Shown: one piece after another, positions 54,194 to 63,725 of the stretch
Layout: each line of letters begins with the position of its first letter
Numbering within the stretch: the first letter of the stretch is position 1
Origin: Dehalococcoidia bacterium
Lineage (GTDB): Bacteria; Chloroflexota; Dehalococcoidia; Lucifugimonadales; G965248475
Assembly: GCA_965248475.1 (NCBI GenBank)
Contig: OZ252106.1
Location: 20,746-84,745, forward strand
Reading direction: 5' to 3'
DNA: 64,000 nt
Made by a program: the position numbers and the translations under genes
The notes under the pieces: model-generated
Told to the model about the DNA's origin: nothing
Seen by the model: only the letters and a program-made list of their open reading frames with translations
The model's database searches: none

Positions 54194-54560
54194 CTCAAGG
54201 CAGATTGCCGCTGCCGTCGCTCAGTATGGGACCGGCCATCCAAGGCGCTTGTGGTCTTGAGGTAAATAAATCGGGAAACCTCTAGCAGGGATGCCCCAAG
54301 GCTCCTCTTGGGCAGGTTCAGCAGGAAGTTCTCCGGGTCCACGTCATTGAACGCACACTGACCTTTAGACTCGCTCAAGATATGGCATACGGGGAACCTA
54401 CGGGGTTTAGGGCGCTTTGGAAGAGTCTGCCAGGCCCGATCAATGGCTGGGCGAAGCGCCTCCCTGCCCTGCGTGTTCGCGGTCGCCCGCCCCGGGGCAG
54501 CAATCAAACTGGGATAACGGCGACGGCGTCCGCCAGTGGACCTTATGCCGACGGCTACGG

Positions 54561-55840
54561 CTAGTCGACGATCTCTACCTTGAATCTGTGGCCAACGTCC
54601 CCTAGTTGGGACTTGTAGAAGGTGCTGAGATAGTAAATGCCAGCTGGGAGGTCAAGGGTAAGTCCTTCCACTGCGTTGCTTGAATAGACTTCTTCCCCCC
54701 CCTTCTCAGGAACGGCTCTGTTTCCCGGACGGTGTACACCCGTATCTGCTGCACCTGACCCGGACTGGAATCGTCACCTGAAACGACAATCGAGAACATG
54801 CCCCCTCGTTTCATCATTACAGCCGATGCCTTTTCGAATCCTTCCCATCCTGCGCTATCTGCGCAGATGCTGCTGTTTGCACTCACCGGCCAGCAGTAGC
54901 TGCCTCTCCGTCCCTGGTGCGAGCGGCCACCGTGCTCGAGGGACACTTGAGGAAGTGGTGGCGGTGGTGACTGCTCGCGCGGAGTGGCTGCGGTGGCCCC
55001 GATCTCAACCTTGAAACCGTAGGTAACTTCCCCTAGCTGGGACTTATAGACGGTGCTGAGAACGTAGAAGCCAGACGGTATGTCGAGAGGAAGTCTATCC
55101 AATGCATCGCTTGGATAGACTTCCTCTCCCATCTTCAGAACCGGCCCTGTCTCCAAGACGGTGAACACACTTGTCGTTACTTCACTCGGACTGGGGTCGT
55201 CACTTGAAACAACAATCGAGAATTCGTCTCCTCGTTTCATCAGCACAGGCGATGCCCCGTCTGGCCCTGCTCCCACGGTGTCATCACAGAAGCGGCTGTC
55301 TGTTTGCGTCGGCCAACAGTAGTTGTCTATCCACCCTTGATAGGCGCGGCCCCCGTACTCAAGGGACATTTGAGGAAGTGGTGGAGAGCATTCAGGGAAC
55401 GTGAGCACGAGCTTCATCAGGGAACTGTCTGCTAGTAGGGCGTCAAATCGGTTTCGCCCCTCGTCGGTACGGTAATCGGGCCGGGGCGACGTTCTCACGG
55501 AACCGTCTCGGTTCAAGTACAGGTGAGACCCCGAATGTAGGTCTGTCAGAATGATAGGCGCTACCGCATCGATATTGGTCGGCGGGCAAGGAACGTACCA
55601 CACATGTATGTCTCCATCGACGACTCGCGTGTTGTTACCTGCTTCCACCGGTGTTTGAACTCTTCTCTCTTCGCGGGTAGGTGTTGGTGGAAGGGATGGG
55701 GCTCCCTGAGTAGGCTGCACCCCAACCGCAGCCTCGGTAGGGGCCGGTGCAGGAGACGCAGGCGTTTCCGCACACGCCATGATCGCCAACAGCAAAAGGC
55801 TTACGAGCAGCGAGGTGGTTATCCTTATTCTCGTGTTCAT
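54561..55840 (-). CDS. lipoprotein with an internally duplicated ~130-aa domain (frameshift in C8 run 54695..54702)
   Basis: Signal/lipobox LLLLAIMAC. There are two copies of PPLPQ(M/V)SLE(Y/H)GGR..YCWP...C.D..G......V.MKRG..FSIVVS.DD.SP... After the C8 tract the second copy continues in another frame (EEVYSSNAVEGLTLDLPAGIYYLSTFYKSQLGDVGHRFKVEIVD*), matching the end of copy 1. Confidence 0.65.
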
Positions 55841-56624
55841 TTACGTTGCTCCGTGTGAGCCGGAAGCAGTCCCGGGCTAGCTCGTCAGGCTCTCCTCCTG
55901 GCGCGGCGAAGGTCCAGGAAGGCCGCCAGGCCACGGCGGCAACGGCCAGGGCGCCGGCGACGCCCACCAGGAGCCACCGAGAGGCGCCTCCCTCATCCGG
56001 CACAGGCTCCACTGCCTGGGCCGGCTCGACCTGATCGCTGGCCCCCTCAGCGCCGTCCGAAGCGCTTCCAGAGGCCGTCATCGCGCCGTCCGGGTTCGAC
56101 TTGGCGTCAGAGCTGCCCGAAGCGTCCCCGGAGGTCGCCATAGCGCCCTCTGCCCTGGGGCCTGCATCTGCGACGACCTTGCCTGCGCCAGCCTGGCCTC
56201 CAGCAGGAGAAGGCTGGGAGACGGGCTGGGGGAGAGCCCCCGAGGGTTGAACATCGCGAAGGCGAGCGGCCTGTATCCGTAGCCCCCGGGGCGTCTCATT
56301 GGGTCGAGCGACCACGCCCACGGCGTCCACGGGTATGCCCAGCGCCGAAAGCAGCGCCGGCAGCGCGGCCACCGTACGCTGCAGCTCCAGGGTAATCACA
56401 TGGATCGTCGTACGCAGCTCATCCACCCTACGGCCTCCGCGAGGAAAGCGTCCGACCTCCTGCAGCTCCGGCAGCGGGTAGATGACCTCTGGGTATTGCG
56501 TACTGTTCTCTCCCATCCTCGCCCGTGTGATGCCGATGGTGTTGGCCGAGCTGGTCACGAAGCGGTTGATCACCTCGCTCCAGCGCCAAAGGTCCTGGTA
56601 GTCGTATTTCACTGGGATGATCAC
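55635..56624 (-). CDS. hypothetical protein: N-terminal globular domain, Ala/Gly/Ser/Asp-rich linker, C-terminal TM helix
   Basis: ORF only. As drawn, the 3' end overlaps the next gene by ~200 nt. An alternative frame ends ..AVAAFLDLRRARRRA* at 55885, suggesting a frameshift or a mis-called end. A 29-codon ORF with GGAGGA precedes it and overlaps its GTG start (GTGA). Confidence 0.4.
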   Translation of the reverse strand: MIIPVKYDYQDLWRWSEVINRFVTSSANTIGITRARMGENSTQYPEVIYPLPELQEVGRFPRGGRRVDELRTTIHVITLELQRTVAALPALLSALGIPVDAVGVVARPNETPRGLRIQAARLRDVQPSGALPQPVSQPSPAGGQAGAGKVVADAGPRAEGAMATSGDASGSSDAKSNPDGAMTASGSASDGAEGASDQVEPAQAVEPVPDEGGASRWLLVGVAGALAVAAVAWRPSWTFAAPGGEPDELARDCFRLTRSNVNEHENKDNHLAARKPFAVGDHGVCGNACVSCTGPYRGCGWGAAYSGSPIPSTNTYPRREKSSNTGGSR

Positions 56625-56836
56625 GATAGTGCTGGTCGACTTCTTGTACTCAATTTGTATCTCCCGCTTTGCTGGACGTTAGGCGTCGTCTTGTCGTTCA
56701 TGGCACTCATGAGGTCCTCCGATTATTGGATGGTCCTTACCATGGCATTCGTTGCAATGGGCTAACGTGATCACCTGCTCTGAGTGCGCGCCCCCGGAGA
56801 CCAGCTCACCCACCGCCCAAATGCTCAGCACTGCAC

Positions 56837-57658
56837 TCATTCGTCGCCGCTTAAGACCTCGCGATCCGAGCGGACCACAGAAGTCGTTATGCTGTTGAGA
56901 ATGTCCGTCCTGGTCGCATCAATGAGGTTCTTCTCCGCAACCGCCCGGAGATCATCGAGAACGGAGTCGGAAGCTGTGCTCTCCAGTGCAACAGTCGTTC
57001 TTATCTGACCCGTCGCGGAGTCGAACGAGGTGGAGGCGTCGCGCACTTCGGGCGCCCCGAGCACTGCGTAGTGGACTGCTTCGATCGCCCTTTGGAGCTC
57101 CACCTCACTGAAGCCCAGCTCGGTGCGCACTTCGACTGAAACGCCACTGTGACTGCTGGTGAAGGTGTCGATTATGTCGAGTGCCGCCTCGGGAGCGGGG
57201 CCCGTGAAAGCGACCCATGCGTGACCAGCGTCTACGATCTCCGAACCGGTGAAAGCGGCGGGAACCGCTTCACGGATTTTCTCGACCGCCAAGGCGAAGT
57301 TGTCGTTCCAGGCGTACCGATCGATGGCTTCCTGAAGAGATATCCCTTCTTGGCTGGCGATGTGCTGCAAGTCTCTCAACTCCGCGTCACTAGGAGGGTC
57401 GTCGATTTCCGCCGCCGCCGCTTCCGGCGGGGGTGTACTCTCCTCTCCTGCGCGGTTGTCAGAAGACGATTCTGCCCCCATGGACTCGTCCGTGGACTCA
57501 GGATGCGCTTCTTCGCTATCGGTGGAGTAAATCGCATCGTTGCTGGTGCCAGGGGATTCCTCAGATTCCTCGCCGCCGCCAAAGAACATGATCCCCGGAG
57601 TGACCAAGACAACCACGAGGACGCCTACGGCTACTAGAGACCCAAAAGCGACGATCAT
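56837..57658 (-). CDS. membrane-anchored extracytoplasmic protein (probable C-terminal part of an anti-sigma factor)
   Basis: TM helix (IVAFGSLVAVGVLVVVLV), acidic linker, ~190-aa extracytoplasmic domain. It lies directly downstream of the ECF sigma gene. Confidence 0.5.
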   Translation of the reverse strand: MIVAFGSLVAVGVLVVVLVTPGIMFFGGGEESEESPGTSNDAIYSTDSEEAHPESTDESMGAESSSDNRAGEESTPPPEAAAAEIDDPPSDAELRDLQHIASQEGISLQEAIDRYAWNDNFALAVEKIREAVPAAFTGSEIVDAGHAWVAFTGPAPEAALDIIDTFTSSHSGVSVEVRTELGFSEVELQRAIEAVHYAVLGAPEVRDASTSFDSATGQIRTTVALESTASDSVLDDLRAVAEKNLIDATRTDILNSITTSVVRSDREVLSGDE

Positions 57659-57818
57659 AATTGCGTCTCATCGCGCCAAACCCTGTTTTTCCTCGTTGGA
57701 TGTCGCGGACGCTTCTCTCGATGCGGGGCCATAAGTCATGGGCGTCAGACACTGCGGACTGGGCTAGGTCGGTTAGCCGGTCCCGGTTCAGGAGCTCGTC
57801 GACAGGTTGCGTGTTCAT
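57561..57818 (-). CDS. probable anti-sigma factor N-terminal (cytoplasmic) segment
   Basis: ..DLWPRIERSV.. pattern. It starts 10 nt after the ECF sigma stop. The tail after ..GAMRRN overlaps the 56837..57658 start in another frame. Confidence 0.4.
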   Translation of the reverse strand: MNTQPVDELLNRDRLTDLAQSAVSDAHDLWPRIERSVRDIQRGKTGFGAMRRNYDRRFWVSSSRRRPRGCLGHSGDHVLWRRRGI

Positions 57819-57827
57819 ATCGTCCTC

Positions 57828-58373
57828 CTACTCTCCGCGTACTATGCCCTGGAGCAGCCGTTTCATACGCCCTCGTGCGTCATGGAGGTGGCGCTTGACG
57901 GTGCCCGGCGTGCGTCCGGTTCGCCCGACCATCTCGGCCTCGGACAGGTCGAGAAAGTACCGCATGACGACTGCGCCTCGCTGCGCCGGCGTAAGACGTG
58001 CTAGCGCCTCGTGAACGGCCCTTCGCTCCTCGTTCAGGACTGCGGCAGCCTCCGGGTCGGTCGATTCGTCCCGCCCTCCCGTGTCCTCTGCGCGGTCAAG
58101 GGTCGTCGTCCGGTCCCGCCGTTGGGTCACCTTGATAGCATCGCTCACGACGATTCTGTAGAACCATGGACCGAACGGGCGCGTCGGATCGTACTGCTGC
58201 GCTCGCTCGAAGACTCGAAGGAAAGCGCCGCTCACGACATCCTCAGCAAGAGTGAGTTCGTGAGTGACCAGATAGGCGGCGCGCAGTGCGCTCGTCTGGT
58301 AACGGCTCACCAGCTTACCAAGGGCGTTGATATTGCCCTCTTTCATCCGTTCCATGTCTAGTCGGTCGCTCAC
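57828..58373 (-). CDS. ECF-type RNA polymerase sigma-70 family factor
   Basis: Region 2 (..LAEDVVSGAFLRVF......DP.RPFGPWFYRIVVS) and region 4 HTH (LTPAQRGAVVMRYFLDLSEAEMVGRTGRTPGTVKRHLHDARGRM). Confidence 0.9.
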   Translation of the reverse strand: MSDRLDMERMKEGNINALGKLVSRYQTSALRAAYLVTHELTLAEDVVSGAFLRVFERAQQYDPTRPFGPWFYRIVVSDAIKVTQRRDRTTTLDRAEDTGGRDESTDPEAAAVLNEERRAVHEALARLTPAQRGAVVMRYFLDLSEAEMVGRTGRTPGTVKRHLHDARGRMKRLLQGIVRGE

Positions 58374-58682
58374 TTCTCATCGACCCTCGTCTGCACGGAC
58401 ACCTCTATATGTACTATCTGCGAGACCGCCTTTAGGTTGAGGGGGAGTAAGACCAGACGCGCACTCCCAATAACTGCGACATTCGCGGACGGTGGACCTG
58501 AACTCAAACGCCTTCTGTATGTTCATCCAAAGTCGCCGTTGGTGAATCCCAATCTATATGTGATGCTTGTACCATAGCTTTTGGCCGTGTCAATGACTAA
58601 ACTCAGTCATTTTTCTTAGCTGTCGACGACATACACGGCATACGAGGCCAAGATGACCTGGAGGCGGAATCGTTGGGAGTGG

Positions 58683-59375
58683 CTAGAGCAGACCGAAATG
58701 CTGGGCCGAGGTCACTGCGGCTAGTGTGGATTTCACATGCAGCTTCTTGCGAGCGTTGCGGACATGGTTGAGGACGGTGTGAGGACTCAGGCCGAACTCG
58801 TCGGCGATCTCTTTGGTCTCCAGCCCCAAAGCCACCAAGCGCAAAACTTCCAACTCGCGGCCAGTAAGGGGACCAGCTGCGCGGCGGGTCGAGTCGGTGG
58901 TCAAGTCCGTTGGCACGGCTGGGGACTTCCCTTCAGAGAACACACTCTGGACGGTTGCAGCGACTCTTGTGGCCCGTGCTTCATCTAGGTTCGCATTGAA
59001 CAAGTGTACTAGCAGCGTCTGATCCGAGTGGGCCATCGGGATGATCAGAGGGGTTATCATGATCTCTTTTCGTGTGCCTAGCGCGCACCGCGCTCGGACA
59101 CAGGTTACCGGCGGGACACGTCGTTCTCTGGCGAGCCGGATAGAAGGGCAGCCTTCCATGCAGACCGGCGTCGAACCTTCCGGGGGAAGGTTCCGCAATA
59201 CCTCGTAGCATCGCCGCCCGATCACCTGGGACGCTTTGTGCCCGAGAATCTGCTCGGCGCTGCGGTTCCAGAAGACGATGGTCTGGCTAATATCCACGGC
59301 GTAGACACCGTATGGCGCTGCGCTCAGCAGGTCTAGAATGCCTTCTGTCGTCTCAGGGACCTCGGGTCCATCCAT
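58683..59375 (-). CDS. PAS-domain LuxR-family transcriptional regulator
   Basis: PAS-like N terminus (YGVYAVD.SQTIVFWNRSAEQILG) and C-terminal LuxR HTH (LTGRELEVLRLVALGLETKEIADEFGLSPHTVLNHVRNARKKL). Confidence 0.85.
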   Translation of the reverse strand: MDGPEVPETTEGILDLLSAAPYGVYAVDISQTIVFWNRSAEQILGHKASQVIGRRCYEVLRNLPPEGSTPVCMEGCPSIRLARERRVPPVTCVRARCALGTRKEIMITPLIIPMAHSDQTLLVHLFNANLDEARATRVAATVQSVFSEGKSPAVPTDLTTDSTRRAAGPLTGRELEVLRLVALGLETKEIADEFGLSPHTVLNHVRNARKKLHVKSTLAAVTSAQHFGLL

Positions 59376-59780
59376 GTTGCGTGGCTTTGCTGTTGATGCA
59401 ATGTTCCCGCTTTCTAGATAGGTCCATTCTAACCCATCGCGACCATAGAGTGTCTGGAATCAGGGACAACGACCAGTAGGGTAGGCCGCTGGCAAGTAAT
59501 CCCGGCTGCCCGAAGCACTTTTCCGTCGGCCCCCCTCCGAACCGGACGTGGCACTTTCGCGTCATCCGGCTCTCCAGTCACTTTCACAAGGTCCGGCCTC
59601 ACCGCATATAGGTAACCATCGGGCAATTTATCCCCGTCGCCTACTTGGGGTCATCGCAGAGATCGTATCGAGGAGGCGCGCCAGGCACCTAGCTGGAAGT
59701 CCCGGTGCTGCCGCCTTCCACCCCGTCCAATCCCACTGCCCACGAGTACCGCAGTTTTTTGTGTCGATTGCCTCTCATCC

Positions 59781-60122
59781 ATGCTGCTGGCGCAAGGCGT
59801 TCAAGTGAGCATGGACGGCAGGGGCCGGTGCATGGACAACGTCTTCGTGGAACGGCTGTGGCGCAGCATCAAGTACGAGGAGGTGTACCTGAAGGCATAC
59901 CAAAATGGGACTGAGGCCAGAAAGGGGATTGGGGCTTATCTGGCCTTCTACAACCAAGAGCGGCCCCATCAAGCCCTGGGCTATCGGTCACCGGGTCAGG
60001 TGTTCCAAGCAGTGAGCCCACAAAGGTGTTTACTGGAACATCCACAAGCCTTACCATCGGATGAAGGTTTACGAGACACCCCAGCGGTAGACTCTCTTAT
60101 TTTAGCCTCACCGCTGTCCTGA
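59781..60122 (+). pseudogene. IS3-family transposase, C-terminal (rve) fragment
   Basis: ..GRGRCMDNVFVERLWRSIKYEEVYL.AY......R..I..Y..FYN.ERPHQALGYR.P is the end of a DDE integrase-core domain. There is no upstream catalytic part. Confidence 0.75.
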
Positions 60123-60277
60123 TGATGGGGTCCACTTGATAGACCGGCAGCAGGGCAATCGTTGTTGATCAGAGGGTGACGATGTATCACATGAAATGTA
60201 TTGAGGAGACGAATCTCCTTTGCATTCAACCCGTTCATCCTGGTTGGCAAATGGCATCAGCCTGAGGAGGAGGAAAG

Positions 60278-61531
60278 GTGTTCAAGATCGATAAGTTCCA
60301 TTTGGTGGTAGTTGCTCTGCTTGCCGTTTTGACTGTGGCAGTGGCCGCTTGCGACAGTGAACCCGAAAAGGCGCCTGATCCGTTGATTGTCGGCCACCTC
60401 AACGCCTTCACCGGGTCGCTGTCCTACTTCGGCGAGTCCCACTCAAACAGCATCGGCCTGGCGGCGGACCACATCAACCGTGCTGGCGGCATCCAGGGCG
60501 GCTCCGTGGTCTTGGTTCACCGCGACACCGCAGTGAATCCGGTCCAGGGTGTGTCCGCGGCTGAGGAGTTGGTGAATGTCCAGGGAGTGGTGGCGATCGT
60601 GGGGGCGTTGGCGAGCGGTGTAACTATACCTGTCGCCACTTCGGTGACTGTCCCCAACGGCGTGCTGCAAATTTCCGGCGCATCGACCGCGCCCACCATA
60701 ACCGTGCTGGAAGATAACGATTTCCTGTTCCGTACTTCACTGTCCGACGCCTCTCAGGGCGTGGTTCTGGCGGATTTGGCCAAGGAGTTGGGCTACGAGA
60801 GCGCGGGCATCCTGTACATCAATAACGCATATGGGGAAGGGTTGGCGGCCCAGTTCACGGAATCGTTTACCGCATTGGGTGGCACGGTAATCGCTTCGGT
60901 GCCTCACGAAGATAGCCAACCCACCTTCGTTTCCGAGTTGGAGAAGGCCACCGAAGGCGACCCTGACGTCCTGATCGCTATCAGCTACCAGCAGGCCGAG
61001 GTTTACCTACGCGAGGCCCTGGAAGGCGGTTATGCGGACACCTTCCTGTTCGTGGACGGCACCAAGATCCCCGAATCTTTCGCAGTCATCGGCTGGGACC
61101 TTCTGGAAGGCAGCTATGGCACCGGGCCGGGCTTCGAGGCCAACCCGTCAACCCAGGCGTTCATCGACTCCTATGTGAGGACCTACGACATGGAGCCTGA
61201 GCATCCCTTCATGAACGAAACCTACGACGCGATGATCCTTATCGGCTTGGCTGCTGCCAAGGCCGGGACCACCACGGACTCTGCCGCTATTCGCGACGCC
61301 CTCCGGGACGTAGCCAATCCCCCCGGCGAGGTGGTGAGGCCCGGAGAGGAGGGCATCAAGCGGGCCATGGAGCTGATCGCCGATGGCAAGGACATTAACT
61401 ACGAGGGAGCTGCGGGCTCGGTTGACTTGGACGAGAACGGTGACGTCATCACAGGCCACATCGAAGTGTGGAAGATCGAAGGCGGCGAGATCGTTTCGGA
61501 TCGCCAAGTGCCGGTTGACTTGGGCCAATAA
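60278..61531 (+). CDS. ABC transporter substrate-binding lipoprotein (branched-chain amino acid/LivJ-type, Peripla_BP_6)
   Basis: Lipobox LTVAVAAC; ..IVGHLNAFTGSLSYFGES..; type I periplasmic binding-fold length. It sits next to liv-type permeases. Confidence 0.8.
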   Translation: MFKIDKFHLVVVALLAVLTVAVAACDSEPEKAPDPLIVGHLNAFTGSLSYFGESHSNSIGLAADHINRAGGIQGGSVVLVHRDTAVNPVQGVSAAEELVNVQGVVAIVGALASGVTIPVATSVTVPNGVLQISGASTAPTITVLEDNDFLFRTSLSDASQGVVLADLAKELGYESAGILYINNAYGEGLAAQFTESFTALGGTVIASVPHEDSQPTFVSELEKATEGDPDVLIAISYQQAEVYLREALEGGYADTFLFVDGTKIPESFAVIGWDLLEGSYGTGPGFEANPSTQAFIDSYVRTYDMEPEHPFMNETYDAMILIGLAAAKAGTTTDSAAIRDALRDVANPPGEVVRPGEEGIKRAMELIADGKDINYEGAAGSVDLDENGDVITGHIEVWKIEGGEIVSDRQVPVDLGQ

Positions 61532-61672
61532 ATCCAGCGCGGGCCGAAACTAGACTCCTAGCGATTGCGCCGGGACGCTGAGAGCGGATTCTCGGCGACC
61601 CGGCGCATGTTATTCGACGTGAGCACATCGCCACGGATCAAGAGAGTTTGACCATCGTAGCATTCGCCACAC

Positions 61673-62671
61673 CTAGCCAGGAGCGTCTGGAGGGAACCCG
61701 CGTCGGGCGACATGGCGCTGCTCACCCAGGATGCCGCTGGGGCGCAGCAGGATCACCGCCACGATGAGCGCGCCTATCAAGAAGAGCCGGAAGCTGGGAT
61801 CGGAAAGTATGCCGGGCAGGGACTGCGTGCCAGTCCAGATTCCCCACACCACGAACGCTCCCAGGATTGCCCCCTTGTTGTTGGCGGAGCCGCCCACCAT
61901 CAGCATGGCCCAGATCACGAAGGTAGCGAGCAGCGGGTCGAAGGTTAGCGGGGAGAGAAAGCGGATGTGGTGGGCATAAAGCGCGCCGCCGATACCCATG
62001 ATCATCGCGCCCATGATGAACGCCTGAAGCTTGAACTTGAATACATCCTTACCGCTGGCTTCGGCGGCCGTCTCGTCCTCGCGAATGGCCCTCAGCACCC
62101 GTCCCCAGGGAGAGTTGACCGCCTGTTGCACCGCCAGATAGAGCGCCGCCAGCGTGACGATCACTACCGTTAGATACAGGTAGTTGTAGATGTCCGGCGC
62201 TATCCAGTCGCCCAGAAACTTTGGGATTCTGTACAGCCCCTTGGAGCCGTTGGCCAGCCACTTTTCGTTCAGGAATAAGAGGCGTACCGTCTCGGCGATT
62301 CCCAGCGTGGCTATCGCCAGATAATCGTCGCGCAGCCGCAGAGCAACGTAGCCAATGACCAGCGCAAACACTCCGCAGCACAATGCTGCCGCCACCAGTC
62401 CAAAGACGAACCAGACGTCGATGCCCAAGTCCAGATAGCTCAGACTGGACCAGTTGCCGCCGAACTTGAAGTCCTCGAACAGCGTCGGGTCCGGCGACGA
62501 GGTGGTCAACAGCGCCGATGCGTAGGCGCCCAGCGCAAAAAATCCGGCGATCCCGATGTTGAATAGCCCGGTGAACCCCCAATGAACGTTCAGCCCCAGG
62601 GAGAAGACGGAATAGATGCCCGCCATGATGGCAAATCCCACCAGGTAATCGAGGACGCCGATTACTTCCAA
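61673..62671 (-). CDS. livM: branched-chain amino acid ABC transporter permease (LivM-like)
   Basis: ..GFTGLFNIGIAGFFALGAYASALL.. and about 9 TM spans. Confidence 0.85.
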   Translation of the reverse strand: MEVIGVLDYLVGFAIMAGIYSVFSLGLNVHWGFTGLFNIGIAGFFALGAYASALLTTSSPDPTLFEDFKFGGNWSSLSYLDLGIDVWFVFGLVAAALCCGVFALVIGYVALRLRDDYLAIATLGIAETVRLLFLNEKWLANGSKGLYRIPKFLGDWIAPDIYNYLYLTVVIVTLAALYLAVQQAVNSPWGRVLRAIREDETAAEASGKDVFKFKLQAFIMGAMIMGIGGALYAHHIRFLSPLTFDPLLATFVIWAMLMVGGSANNKGAILGAFVVWGIWTGTQSLPGILSDPSFRLFLIGALIVAVILLRPSGILGEQRHVARRGFPPDAPG

Positions 62672-62672
62672 T

Positions 62673-63698
62673 TCAGCTCCGTGCTCCTCCCAAAATTCCG
62701 CGCGGCCGCACCAGTAGCACCATAATCATCAGCGCGAAGGCTACCGCGGGTTTGTAGCTGGGGTTGATCCATTGAGTCGAAACTTCAGACGTTACTCCGA
62801 TGACGAAGGCACCCACCAGCGCGCCGTATGGGCTTCCGATGCCTCCCAGGATTACGGCGGCGAACAGAGGGATGAGGAACTTCCAGCCCATTATGGGCAG
62901 CATGTTCGCCTGAAATACGGCCAGCAGGATGCCAGCGGTGGCGGCCAACGCCGCGCCCATTCCCCAAGTCCACCATATGACGCGCTGGGTACCGATGCCG
63001 CTGACCAGGGCTAGGTCGGGGTTGTCCGCTGTGGCGCGCATGGCCTTGCCCATTTTGCTGCGGCTCAGCACCAGATACAACGCCACCACGAGGATGACGG
63101 CCACGATGGCGATGAAGATAGCGTCCGGCGGTATCCGCACGTCCATGGGTAGGTGAAACACCTGCCGGGTCTCCCTCGGCAAGCGCTGGACATCTCCTCC
63201 CCAAATCAGCTGCACCAACCCGCGCAGCGCGATGGCTACTCCCAGCGAGGCCATTGAAACCACTACGGCGTTCACGCCTCGGTTCCGCAGCCGATGGTAC
63301 ACTACCACGTCCAGAGCGACCGCCGCGGCGGCGATGACCGCCGCCGCTATCGGCAAGGCAATGAGCAGAGGGTAGCCGAATGTGAATGGCCCCAGACCCT
63401 CGCCCTCAACTCCAATCTTCGGAAGCAGGCTGCCGATAATGAACAGCGCGGCGTACGCTCCCAAGGTCATATAGTCGCCGTGAGCGATGTTGGCGAAATT
63501 GAGGATGCCGTAGATCAGGGTCAAGCCGATAGCGCCTAGGGCGATGATGGCCCCGAGGAAAATGCCGTTGACCACCAGCCCCATCTTGACGAAAGGCAGG
63601 AAGCCAATGGCCAGCGCCGCCAACACTATGACGGCAGTGGTGTGCGCTGGCATCCAGGCCGAGCCGATTTGTCGGGCGGTATCGCGCAGGGTAGTCAT
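62673..63698 (-). CDS. livH: branched-chain amino acid ABC transporter permease (LivH-like)
   Basis: ..NGIFLGAIIALGAIGLTLIYGILNFANIAHGDYMTLGAY.. Its stop is 1 nt from the livM start. Confidence 0.85.
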   Translation of the reverse strand: MTTLRDTARQIGSAWMPAHTTAVIVLAALAIGFLPFVKMGLVVNGIFLGAIIALGAIGLTLIYGILNFANIAHGDYMTLGAYAALFIIGSLLPKIGVEGEGLGPFTFGYPLLIALPIAAAVIAAAAVALDVVVYHRLRNRGVNAVVVSMASLGVAIALRGLVQLIWGGDVQRLPRETRQVFHLPMDVRIPPDAIFIAIVAVILVVALYLVLSRSKMGKAMRATADNPDLALVSGIGTQRVIWWTWGMGAALAATAGILLAVFQANMLPIMGWKFLIPLFAAVILGGIGSPYGALVGAFVIGVTSEVSTQWINPSYKPAVAFALMIMVLLVRPRGILGGARS

Positions 63699-63725
63699 CT
63701 CTGACTTTCTGAGCGCACGTCTTGA

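Noticed and set aside
59353-59626. Overlapping minus-strand ORFs with ..KCHVRFGGGPTEK.. / ..PRPVRRGADGKV.. peptides as a mobile-element gene
   Set aside because: These are short, overlapping frames with no catalytic domain. I can only say they look like debris commonly seen next to insertion sequences or retroelements, so no feature is called.
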